A DNA stretch of 62,937 bases, filler included, from a bacterium (GTDB taxonomy: Bacteria; JBDRGX01), in the NCBI GenBank assembly GCA_043817485.1. It is 6 parts of 6 records of this genome, joined end to end, with 100 filler letters (N's around TTAATTAATTAA, not from the genome) between each part and the next. Parts side by side here need not be neighbours in the genome. Positions count along the whole stretch, not along the records: positions 1 to 16,856 come from JBDRGX010000051.1; 5 more parts are not named here. The stretch is one strand, 5' to 3'. Both the position numbers and the translations under genes were made by a program. Below the pieces are notes generated by a model. It ran no database searches. It was given only the letters and a program-made list of their open reading frames with translations, and was not told the DNA's origin. Positions 1-9,268 of this stretch are shown one piece after another (the stretch's first letter is position 1; the number at the start of each line of letters is the position of its first letter).

Positions 1-95
1 TTGCTTAAACTCGTGATTTATTTTTATCGCGATTGATGAGCGGTGCTATTGACCCCATTAGATATGACAAATTATCTAACGGGGTTGAGGTATAA
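1..95 (+). pseudogene. hsdS: 3' tail of type I restriction-modification specificity subunit (HsdS), with an in-frame stop
   Basis: Frame 3 reads A*TRDLFLSRLMSGAIDPIRYDKLSNGVEV*, matching the HsdS C-terminal signature (RDLLLPRLMSGEI). TAA at 6-8. Not in the ORF track. Confidence 0.6.
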
Positions 96-99
96 AATT

Positions 100-1128
100 A
101 TGAAAAAACTACCGGACAATCAAATCGCTTTTTATCAATCACCGGATGGCTCGGTGAATATTGAGGTATTGTTTGCCGAAGAAAATATCTGGCTTACCCA
201 AAAAAAAATGGCAGAACTTTTTGGATGCTCTACTGATAATATTTCCCTTCACTTAAAAAATATTTACAAAGACCACGAATTAGATGAAGAATCAACTACC
301 GAGGAATTCTCGGTAGTTCAAAAGGAAGGCGGTCGGGAAATAAAAAGAAAGACATATTTTTATTCTCTTGAGGCAATAATTGCTGTCGGTTATCGGGTAA
401 ATTCCGAGCGGGGCACACAATTTAGGCAATGGGCAACAGAAATTCTTAAAAGCTACATCCACAAAGGCTATGCGTTAGATAGCAACCGGTTCAAATATGG
501 TTCCCGCTTCAGCACCAGATATTTTGATGAACTCTACGAAGAAATTAAAGACATTCGCTCCAGCGAACGGATGCTCTATCAAAAAATTACCGATATTTAT
601 TCCACAGCCATAGATTATTCACCCAAAGCTTGCGAGAGTAAGCAATTTTTCGCTACAGTACAAAACAAGCTTCATTTTGCCATTACTGGAAAAACAGCGG
701 CGGAAATTATTCAAAACCGTGTGAGTAGTAAAAAAGATAAGATGGGACTTACATCATGGAGAAGATCTCCTAAGGGTAAAATTATGCCCGGCGATGTAGT
801 TATTGCTAAAAATTATTTAGACAAAAAAGAACTTACCGAGCTTAATAGAATTGTAAATATGTATTTGGATTATGCTGAGATGCAGGCTGCTCGCGGTCGG
901 GCAATGACTATGAAAGACTGGATAGAAAAGCTCAATGCTTTTTTGAAGTTCAGTGAACATGAGATATTGACAAATGCAGGCAAAATTAGTCATGAAGTTG
1001 CAGAAGAACTTGCTTTAGAAGAATATGAAAAATATCGGGTAATACAGAACAAAAATTATGTTTCCGACTTTGATCGTGAAGTAAAAAAATTATTAGATTC
1101 TAAAAAGGGAAAGTATGAAAAAGAATAA
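100..1128 (+). CDS. RhuM/virulence family protein (COG3943-like), copy 1
   Basis: Motifs WLTQKKMAELFG, AIIAVGYRVNS, FRQWAT, IRSSER, FFATVQNKLHFAITG. ATG at 100 follows GAGGT. Confidence 0.9.
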   Translation: MKKLPDNQIAFYQSPDGSVNIEVLFAEENIWLTQKKMAELFGCSTDNISLHLKNIYKDHELDEESTTEEFSVVQKEGGREIKRKTYFYSLEAIIAVGYRVNSERGTQFRQWATEILKSYIHKGYALDSNRFKYGSRFSTRYFDELYEEIKDIRSSERMLYQKITDIYSTAIDYSPKACESKQFFATVQNKLHFAITGKTAAEIIQNRVSSKKDKMGLTSWRRSPKGKIMPGDVVIAKNYLDKKELTELNRIVNMYLDYAEMQAARGRAMTMKDWIEKLNAFLKFSEHEILTNAGKISHEVAEELALEEYEKYRVIQNKNYVSDFDREVKKLLDSKKGKYEKE

Positions 1129-2191
1129 ACAGATTGCCAAACAGAACACATTTACCCAGTTAGATAGTAAACATCTAACGGGGTTTACAGAATTTCTACT
1201 CTACACCACGCCAAATGGTAAGGTGAAAGTGGAGATATTTCTGCATAATGAAAATATTTGGCTTACCCAAGACAAAATAGCTCTTTTGTTTGGCGTGCAA
1301 AGACCGGCCATTACCAAACATCTCAAAAATATTTTTGAAAGCGGAGAATTGCAAGAAAATTCAGTTAGTTCCATTTTGGAACATACTGCCAATGATGGAA
1401 AAACATATGAAACCAAGTTTTATAATCTTGATGCCATTATTTCCGTTGGCTACCGTGTTAATTCAAGACAGGCAACGCATTTTCGTATTTGGGCAACGGA
1501 AAGACTAAAAGAATATATTATCAAGGGCTTTACTATGGATGATGAACGGTTGAAAAATCCCAACAATATTTTCGGCCAGGATTATTTTGAAGAGCAACTG
1601 GCGCGAATTCGCAATATCCGCAGTAGCGAACGCAGATTCTACCAGAAAATCACCGACATTTACGCTCAGTGCAGTGCTGATTATAATCCGAATGAAGAAA
1701 TCACTAAGCAATTTTTTGCTACTGTGCAAAATAAACTACATTTTGCCATTACCGGAAAAACAGCAGCGGAAATTATTCAAGACCGCGTGAGTAGTGAAAA
1801 ACCCAATATGGGATTAACCACTTGGAAAAATGCTCCCAAAGGAGCCATTCGAAAAACGGATGTCAGTATTGCCAAGAATTATCTCAATGAAAAAGAGCTG
1901 GATGGACTGAACAGAATTGTCACAATGTATCTTGACTATGCCGAAATGCAGGCGCAAAAGGGTGTGGTGATGTATATGAAAGACTGGGTAGAGAAATTGG
2001 ACGCCTTTTTGCAATTCAACGAAAAAGAAATTTTACAGGATAGTGGCAAGATTAGTCATGAAGTCGCAGTGGCATTAGCCGAAAGTGAATATGAAAAATA
2101 CAGGGTTATTCAAGACCGTATGCTTGAATCTGACTTTGACCGCGAGGTAAAAAAATTATTAAAGAAAAAAAAGGAGTGCGAAAAAATATGA
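1115..2191 (+). CDS. RhuM/virulence family protein, copy 2
   Basis: Same motif set (WLTQ, DAIISVGYRVNS, FRIWAT, IRSSERRFYQKITDIY, FFATVQNKLHFAITG). Overlaps the 3' end of copy 1. Confidence 0.9.
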   Translation: MKKNKQIAKQNTFTQLDSKHLTGFTEFLLYTTPNGKVKVEIFLHNENIWLTQDKIALLFGVQRPAITKHLKNIFESGELQENSVSSILEHTANDGKTYETKFYNLDAIISVGYRVNSRQATHFRIWATERLKEYIIKGFTMDDERLKNPNNIFGQDYFEEQLARIRNIRSSERRFYQKITDIYAQCSADYNPNEEITKQFFATVQNKLHFAITGKTAAEIIQDRVSSEKPNMGLTTWKNAPKGAIRKTDVSIAKNYLNEKELDGLNRIVTMYLDYAEMQAQKGVVMYMKDWVEKLDAFLQFNEKEILQDSGKISHEVAVALAESEYEKYRVIQDRMLESDFDREVKKLLKKKKECEKI

Positions 2192-2757
2192 AAGTAAACA
2201 CAAAAATTTTAAGAATAATGATATTTATGATAACGCTAATTGTAATTATTGTTGCGAGTATTGGTATTTTTATTCTTCAAAACTTATCTGATAAAAGTTG
2301 GAAAACTTTTAAAAATTCGAAGTATAAGTACTCTTTTGAATATCCGAAAGATTGGAAAATCCAAAATCCTATTCTTTTCTTTTTAAAAAGAATGGATGAG
2401 ATCTATTTATACTCAGATAAAGGTAGTTTTGAATTTCGAAGCGGAGAAGGGGCTAAAGTTGCATATTCAGGATATAAGATAGATTCAAGGGAAGAAATAG
2501 AGGTAGCTGGCGAGAAAGCAATAAAGACTTTTCTTTCTGGCGGCAACCCTCCTGACGATTCATATACTACTCCTTCGCCTTTAGACCATAAAATGATTCA
2601 GGTTGAATTTACAAAAAATAACATTCATCATTTGATAGTAATTAATAATTTTAGTGAGTATGCTGTTGTGTCTGATCCCGTCGCGATGAAAAAGACTTTT
2701 GAATTTATTCTAAAAACAATTAAATTTGAAAATAAAAAGTTAAAAGATAAAACATAA
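2188..2757 (+). CDS. Membrane-anchored hypothetical protein with PsbP-like motif
   Basis: N-terminal TM helix then WKTFKNSKYKYSFEYPKDW. ATGA overlap with the upstream stop. Confidence 0.6.
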   Translation: MKVNTKILRIMIFMITLIVIIVASIGIFILQNLSDKSWKTFKNSKYKYSFEYPKDWKIQNPILFFLKRMDEIYLYSDKGSFEFRSGEGAKVAYSGYKIDSREEIEVAGEKAIKTFLSGGNPPDDSYTTPSPLDHKMIQVEFTKNNIHHLIVINNFSEYAVVSDPVAMKKTFEFILKTIKFENKKLKDKT

Positions 2758-2960
2758 ATGAGTAAATCAAAACACTAAAAAGAATTAAAATTATAGCTGG
2801 GGTGATGTTTGCAAGTCTAATAAGTTTAATTAAAATAATTTATTTTAAAAATCTATGGAAGAAAAAAAAGTGATTTCAAAACCTTCGCCTATTGGAATTC
2901 GCAACGCGACTATTCAACAGGGTTTAATTAACGATAGGGTGATGGAAGAAAAAACAATAA

Positions 2961-3695
2961 CACAAAAGCCTGCAAAAAGACCGCGACCAAGCAGATATTA
3001 GCGATATTATTAAACAACTGCATGAAGTTATTGATGAGTTAATTATTGTTACGCCAGACAAAGCCAAAGAACCCAATAAGCTTTATGATATTAGCAAGAT
3101 TGATTTTAACCGATTGCGGGCAGAATTTGAACACATTAGAACCAAAAATACCATTGTGCAGAGCCTTAAAAGCGTGATTGAGAAAAAACTGGAACGGCTT
3201 ATCCAAAAAAATCCGCTCCGGACAGATTTTCAAGAACATTATGAAAAGATAATTGATGAGTATAATAAAGAAAAAGACCGCCAAAATATTGAAGCTATCT
3301 TTGAGATGTTATTGAAATTTGTGCAGGAGTTGGACGAGGAAGAAAGCCGAGCAGTGCGAGAAGGGCTGGATGAGGAGACTCTGGCTATTTATGACCTACT
3401 GGCAAAACCAGATTTGAAACCCCAGGAAATCCAAAAGATAAAGAAGGTAGCCAAAGAACTACTGGAAAGACTGAAGGGAAAATTAAAGGATATGTATAAA
3501 TGGCAAGACAAAGAGCCTACAAGAGATGATGTGAAGGCTTCAATACACCATTTTCTGTGGGATGATGCAATCGGCTTGCCTCTTGGGTTTTATACAGATA
3601 ATGAAGTTGAAAAGAAAACTGATGCTGTTTTTTATCATGTCTATCGGGCATATCCAACAGTGCCATCGCCGTATTATGCAAGCGTGGGTAATTGA
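2961..3695 (+). pseudogene. hsdR: C-terminal remnant (DUF3387-like) of type I restriction enzyme R subunit
   Basis: Open from 2961 (HKSLQKDRDQADISDII...LYDISKIDFNRLRAEF...REGLDEETLAIYDLL) with no proper start; helicase and nuclease core absent. Confidence 0.8.
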
Positions 3696-3730
3696 TTTGG
3701 AGTAAGTGTTTAGAATCACGGGATGAAAAT

Positions 3731-3984
3731 ATGAAACAAACAAAACTTATTTCCTTTATTTGTTGTTTATGATTGGTAATGGAATTAATCGCATAAGATA
3801 CAGATGGAAGGATTGAGAAACATTAAAAAATGGTGGACATATCCCTCTTTGACTGGGTGGTTTATCAATATTATCGGAAAAACAGATGGGAAAGGTTAAT
3901 ATTGATATTTTTGCATCAGAATTGATGTGGCAATTTTTTGAAAGGCATTCAATTCAGAAAAAGCCTTTTGGTTTGCAGGAATAA
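3731..3984 (+). pseudogene. Heavily degraded remnant of a secreted esterase/PHB-depolymerase (LpqC-like) gene
   Basis: Fragments read MKQTKLISFICCL* ... KNGGH ... IIGKT ... IDIFASELMWQFFERH, resembling the GGH..W...DI.AS..MW.FF..H C-terminus of that family. Multiple stops and frameshifts. Confidence 0.45.
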
Positions 3985-4024
3985 GACGAACTTTAAAAAA
4001 TCAAATATAAATGAGGTAAAACTT

Positions 4025-5743
4025 ATGGAATTAGGAAATTTAATCAGTATCGCACGAGGTGAAAAAAAAGCCGAACTCGTTATCAAAAATGCTAAGGTAG
4101 TCAATGTCCTTTCCGGAGAGATATACTTAACTTCAGTTGCTATCTCTGAAGGGAAAATTGTCGGCTTAGGAGATTATGCCGGAGAGGAAGAGATTGACAT
4201 AAATGGTGCTATCTTGGCTCCGGGATTTATCGATGGTCATATCCATATTGAGAGTTCAAAACTCAAAGTGAGTGAATTTGCCAAGGTTGTTTTGTCGGCA
4301 GGGACTACTGCGGTGGTTATTGACCCTCATGAAATAGCCAATGTAGCCGGTCTTGACGGCATAAGATATATGCTGGACTCAAGTAAATATACCCCGCTTG
4401 ATGTGTTTGTTATGCTTCCTTCCTGTGTGCCGGCTACAAATATGGAGACATCAGGGGCGACATTAACTGCCTCGGATTTAGCTGAACTCATTGCTCAGGA
4501 TACAGGCTCGCTTGGTAAGGTATTAGGAATTGCTGAGGTAATGAATTACCCGGGCGTACTCTTTAGAGTGCCTGAAGTATTAGATAAAATCGCTCTTGGT
4601 AAGAATAGACCTATTGATGGACATGCACCCTATCTTTCAGGGAAAGACCTTTGTGCCTATATCCTTGCCGGAATACAATCAGACCACGAATGCACAAACC
4701 TCAATGAGGCAAAAGAGAAGTTGCGATTAGGCATGCATCTTATGATTAGAGAAGGCACTACCGCTAAAAACTTAAAAACACTTCTTCCTTTAGTTACTCC
4801 TCAAAATTCAAGGCAGTGTATGTTTGTTACGGATGATATTTCTGCCGCAGACCTTTTTGAGAAGGGACATATAAATGCAGTGATTAAGAAGGCTATCGTC
4901 AGTGGATTAGACCCAATTACTGCTATCCAGATGGGGACACTTAACCCGGCTCAATATTTTGGATTAAAAAATATGGGGGCAATTGCACCAGGTTATCAGG
5001 CTGATTTAGTGAGCATTGACAATCTTGAACACTTTAATATAAAGAAGGTGTTTAAAAAAGGAAAACTCGTCGCTGAAAATGGACTGATGCAAGATGTGAT
5101 TCAACCCTACGAAACTCCACCAAAGATAAAGAATTCTGTTCATATAGATTTTGGCAAGATAAAAGGATTTCAACTTGAATTAACCGATGAAAAAATGGTA
5201 AAGGTAATCGAGGTCATTCCTGACCAGATTATAACAAAGAAGGTGCTCGAGGTTATCAAAACAGGAGAAGGGGACATTTCCCGTGATATTTTGAAGATAG
5301 TGGTTATTGAGCGGCATAATGAAACAGGAAATGTTGGCATAGGTTTTGTAAAAGGGTTTGGATTGCTTGATGGTGCCATTGGTTCCTCAGTAGCCCACGA
5401 CTCACACAATATTATTATTGTAGGCACAAATGACGAGAATATAATGACCGCGGCAATTGAAATTGCTAAGATGGGTGGTGGTGAAATAGTCGTGGCAAAA
5501 GGTGAAATAAAGGCATTTTTGCCATTGCCTATTGCCGGATTAATATCAGAAGAACCAATTGAGGTAGTCAAAGAAAAAGAGCTTCTTTTAATTCAAGAGG
5601 CTAAAAAATTAGGGTGTTCACTTAATAACCCATTTATGACCTTATCATTTCTCGCCTTACCGGTTATCCCTGAATTAAAATTGACGGATAAAGGGTTGGT
5701 CGATGTAGTAAAATTTCAGATTGTGCCGTTATTTGGAGAATGA
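4025..5743 (+). CDS. ade: Adenine deaminase
   Basis: PGFIDGHIHIESS, DPHEIANV, DGHAP, SDHEC, AHDSHN, FLALPVIPELKLTD. ATG at 4025 follows GAGGT. Confidence 0.97.
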   Translation: MELGNLISIARGEKKAELVIKNAKVVNVLSGEIYLTSVAISEGKIVGLGDYAGEEEIDINGAILAPGFIDGHIHIESSKLKVSEFAKVVLSAGTTAVVIDPHEIANVAGLDGIRYMLDSSKYTPLDVFVMLPSCVPATNMETSGATLTASDLAELIAQDTGSLGKVLGIAEVMNYPGVLFRVPEVLDKIALGKNRPIDGHAPYLSGKDLCAYILAGIQSDHECTNLNEAKEKLRLGMHLMIREGTTAKNLKTLLPLVTPQNSRQCMFVTDDISAADLFEKGHINAVIKKAIVSGLDPITAIQMGTLNPAQYFGLKNMGAIAPGYQADLVSIDNLEHFNIKKVFKKGKLVAENGLMQDVIQPYETPPKIKNSVHIDFGKIKGFQLELTDEKMVKVIEVIPDQIITKKVLEVIKTGEGDISRDILKIVVIERHNETGNVGIGFVKGFGLLDGAIGSSVAHDSHNIIIVGTNDENIMTAAIEIAKMGGGEIVVAKGEIKAFLPLPIAGLISEEPIEVVKEKELLLIQEAKKLGCSLNNPFMTLSFLALPVIPELKLTDKGLVDVVKFQIVPLFGE

Positions 5744-5852
5744 GATTACCAAATTGTAATTAGAAATAAAATGTTATAAACCATCAAATTCAAATTTATT
5801 TCGTATTTCGATATTCGGATTTGTTTAAATTAAAAATTTGGAGAATAAAAAA

Positions 5853-6371
5853 ATGAACATACCAGTACTTATTTCAGAGAAGGATATTCAAGAGAAAATA
5901 AAGAAGCTTGCTTTACAAATATCAAATGATTATAAAGATAGGGAATTATTAGTTATAGGTGTTTTGAAGGGCTCGTGGATATTTATGGCTGATTTGGTAA
6001 GAAAATTAGAGAAAATAGGAATAAGATGTGATTTTATAAAGGCATCAAGTTATGGAGCCAAGAAGGTAAGCTTAGGAAAGGTCAAACTAACAGGAATAAA
6101 CACCAAATCTATCGATGAAAAAAACATTCTTTTGGTGGAAGATATAATCGATACAGGCATTACATTAAAAGCAATCAAGGAACATTTAGAGAAATTTAAC
6201 CCTCATAGTGTCAAGATATGTGTATTTTTAAACAAACCTTCTTGTCGTATGGTAGAGGTAGAGGTAGATTATGTAGGATTTACCATCCCGGATAAGTTTG
6301 TTGTCGGATATGGTTTAGACCACGCTGAGAAATTTAGGAATCTGCCTTATGTGGGATTCATAGAAGAGTAG
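5853..6371 (+). CDS. hpt: Hypoxanthine phosphoribosyltransferase
   Basis: GVLKGS.IFMADL, LLVEDIIDTGIT, FVVGYGLD..EKFRNLPY. Confidence 0.97.
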   Translation: MNIPVLISEKDIQEKIKKLALQISNDYKDRELLVIGVLKGSWIFMADLVRKLEKIGIRCDFIKASSYGAKKVSLGKVKLTGINTKSIDEKNILLVEDIIDTGITLKAIKEHLEKFNPHSVKICVFLNKPSCRMVEVEVDYVGFTIPDKFVVGYGLDHAEKFRNLPYVGFIEE

Positions 6372-6495
6372 AGATGGCTTAAATTTTGCGTGTAAAAATT
6401 AATCTAAATAAAAATAAATTAATATGTTTTTTAAATAATATTATGTTAATACAATGACAAATACGATAATTATGTTATATCAGGAAATATTAATT

Positions 6496-7689
6496 TTACG
6501 ATGTTTTCAACAAACTAAATGCTTTATCTAAAATTTTTATTATTTTGTTAATATCTGTTTTTGTAATAATTAAAGGCGGTAAAAATCTTAAAATATTTTT
6601 TCCAGCACTACCAATAAGAACGCCATTTTCATAACAAAATTTGATTATATTTTTTGCTTCAAAATTACCTTCGATTCCAATCATTAGGCCTAATCCTCTA
6701 ATTTCTGTAATAAAAGAATATTTTTTTTGAAGAGTTTCTAATTTATTTTTTAAATATATTCCCATTTTTTCAACATTAGGAAGAAGTTTTATAATTTCTA
6801 AAACAACATTAAAACTTACTTCACATATTAAAGGATTTCCTCCAAAAGTTGAGCCATGTGTTCCAGCACAAAGATATTTGCTAATTTCTTTTTTTGAAAT
6901 CATCGCTCCTATAGGAAGACCATTTCCTAAAGATTTTGCTAATGTTAAAATATCGGGTTTTATTTTATAATGCTCATAACAAAAAAATTTGCCTGTTCTT
7001 CCAATTCCACATTGTACTTCATCAAAAATTAAAAGAATATTTTTTTCATTACATAATTTTCTTATTTTTTTGAGATAATCATAAGAAGCAACATTTATCC
7101 CACCTTCTCCTTGAATAGGTTCTATCATAATCGCAGATGTTTTAGAAGAAATATTTTTTTCTAAAGCATTAAAATTATTAAATTCTACATATTTAAAACC
7201 TGGAAATAAAGGAGAAAAATACTGTTGATATTTTTCTTGTCCTGTAGCTGTTAAACTACCAAGTGTTCTACCATGAAATGAATTTTTCATTGTAATAATT
7301 TCGTATTTTTCTGATCCAAATTTTAAATAAGAATATCTTCTAACTAATTTTATAGCAGCTTCATTAGCTTCTGTTCCACTATTACAAAAAAATACTTGTC
7401 CAGAAAAACTATATTTAGATAAAAGTTTTGCTAATTTTATTTGAGATTCTATATAATATAAATTAGAAGTATGTATTAAATTTTTTGCTTGTTTTTGCAA
7501 TACTTTAAGAATATGAGGATGGGAATGTCCTAAATTAGTAACACCTATTCCAGAAAGAAAATCAAGATATTTTTTATTTTGAATATCCCAAAGATAAGCA
7601 CCTTTTCCTTTTTTGAAACATAAAGGAAATCTTGTATAAGTTGGAATAATATATTTTTTTTCTTGCTTATTTATAGATTGAATATCCAA
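6496..7689 (-). CDS. argD: Acetylornithine aminotransferase
   Basis: YLDFLSGIGV, FCNSGTEANEAA, FHGRT, EPIQGEGG, DEVQCG.GRTG, HGSTFGGNP. TTG start at 7689 after AGGAGG. Confidence 0.92.
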   Translation of the reverse strand: MDIQSINKQEKKYIIPTYTRFPLCFKKGKGAYLWDIQNKKYLDFLSGIGVTNLGHSHPHILKVLQKQAKNLIHTSNLYYIESQIKLAKLLSKYSFSGQVFFCNSGTEANEAAIKLVRRYSYLKFGSEKYEIITMKNSFHGRTLGSLTATGQEKYQQYFSPLFPGFKYVEFNNFNALEKNISSKTSAIMIEPIQGEGGINVASYDYLKKIRKLCNEKNILLIFDEVQCGIGRTGKFFCYEHYKIKPDILTLAKSLGNGLPIGAMISKKEISKYLCAGTHGSTFGGNPLICEVSFNVVLEIIKLLPNVEKMGIYLKNKLETLQKKYSFITEIRGLGLMIGIEGNFEAKNIIKFCYENGVLIGSAGKNILRFLPPLIITKTDINKIIKILDKAFSLLKTS

Positions 7690-7980
7690 AAAACCTCCTT
7701 GTAATTTATAGACTATTTTTTTTGCAAATTGCAAAATGCAGAAATTTATTTGTAGGATAAAATTACTTATAATTATTATTTATTTTTAAGCAATTTTTTT
7801 TATATCTTTTTTTTGATATACATGTATGTGTTTATGCTAAATTGCAATTAAAGGAATATGAAATAAAGAGAAAAATTCGAAACAAATCCAAATTTGGTAA
7901 ATTACAACATTTTATTTTTGATTGCAATTTGGTATTATTTGATTGTTTTTGAGTTTTTCAAATTGTAGTTGTAATTTTTC

Positions 7981-8009
7981 TTGACAGTTTAATAAAGCAT
8001 GAATATTAT
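7981..8009 (+). promoter_or_regulatory. Putative sigma70 promoter for the porV-like gene
   Basis: TTGACA-N17-TATTAT, 65 bp upstream of the ATG at 8075. Confidence 0.55.
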
Positions 8010-8074
8010 AAATTTAATAAAATTAAAAAAAGTTTATAAATTAACTTTTAATAAATGTTTTTTAAGAGGAAAAA

Positions 8075-9019
8075 ATGTTAAAAAATAAAATTATTATTTT
8101 GGTTTTAATTTGTTTATTTATTTCTATTCCAATTAAAGCTCAATTTGTTGGAATGTTTGCTGATATTGGTTATGGAGCAAGACCAGTAGGAATGGGAGGA
8201 GCATTTGTTGCTGTTAGTGATGATGTAAATGCTTTAGTTTGGAATAATGCAGGGCTTGCTTATGCTCCAAAAGAAATAATTTTTATGTGTACTGCTCAAT
8301 TTAATATTGTTCCTTATACTTTTATGGCTTGTTCTGTTCCTTGTGCTAATAAAAAAAATATGGGTATGGGATTTGGAATGATTACATCTGGTGATTCACT
8401 TTTAAGAGAAAGTACTTTACTTATTGGATGTGGGTTAGAAATGAATGATTTTTTATCCAAATTATTTATGAAAAAAATATCAACAAATTTTTTGATAAGC
8501 AATGGTTTTACTTTTAAATTACGATTTATTTCAGTTGGTCAAAATTTAGAAAAACATGTAGATAAATCTACTGGTAGTGGTTTGGGATTTGGCACAGATT
8601 GGGGATTTTTAATTAAATTTAATGAAAAATTTAATATGGGTTTAAATTTAAAAGATTTATTTTCTCCAATATTTTGTAATTCTAATATGCAAGGTTCATA
8701 TACAGAATTTATATTACCAACTAACAGTATTGGGTTAAAATATATGTTTAAAAAAAATGTATTAGTATCTATAGAATTAGATAATTTTCGTTGGGTAAAA
8801 TTGGGTAATGAATTAAATTTTAATAAATATTTTGTTTTAAGAAGTGGTTTTATTTTATTGCCTCAAGGGAAAAGCTTTAGGCAAATATATAGTATTGGTG
8901 GTGGAATAAAATTTCCTTTGAAATCAGAAAAAAACATGTATTCTCAATTAGATGTATCTTATAATATTGATGGAGTTTTGCCAAATACTTCTAAATTTTC
9001 TTTAAATTTAATATTTTAA
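8075..9019 (+). CDS. PorV/PorQ-like outer-membrane beta-barrel protein
   Basis: Signal peptide, GARPVGMGGAFVAVSDDVNALVWNNAGLA motif, C-terminal Phe. Confidence 0.8.
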   Translation: MLKNKIIILVLICLFISIPIKAQFVGMFADIGYGARPVGMGGAFVAVSDDVNALVWNNAGLAYAPKEIIFMCTAQFNIVPYTFMACSVPCANKKNMGMGFGMITSGDSLLRESTLLIGCGLEMNDFLSKLFMKKISTNFLISNGFTFKLRFISVGQNLEKHVDKSTGSGLGFGTDWGFLIKFNEKFNMGLNLKDLFSPIFCNSNMQGSYTEFILPTNSIGLKYMFKKNVLVSIELDNFRWVKLGNELNFNKYFVLRSGFILLPQGKSFRQIYSIGGGIKFPLKSEKNMYSQLDVSYNIDGVLPNTSKFSLNLIF

Positions 9020-9268
9020 TCTTCAAGATGATAATAAAAAAGCGACACAGAATAAATTTAGGCTTTTTTATTGAAAATTGAAAATTTGTAATGTCCTATA
9101 GGGACAACATATCGATAAAAATATTGAAATTTATTCTAATGAATATATCTATTCTGGTGACTGGTGCTCTTTTTAGTGTTTTCTGGTGCCCTTTCCCTGT
9201 GTGGATTAATAAATTAGAAATTGAATTGTCAAGACTATAATTTTTCATTTGTCTCTATTCCTACAATT

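Noticed and set aside
3938-4024. N-terminal extension of ade in the ORF track (similarly argD, murJ, argH, HAMP gene)
   Set aside because: Downstream starts have SD motifs or stop-start overlaps and match family N-termini.
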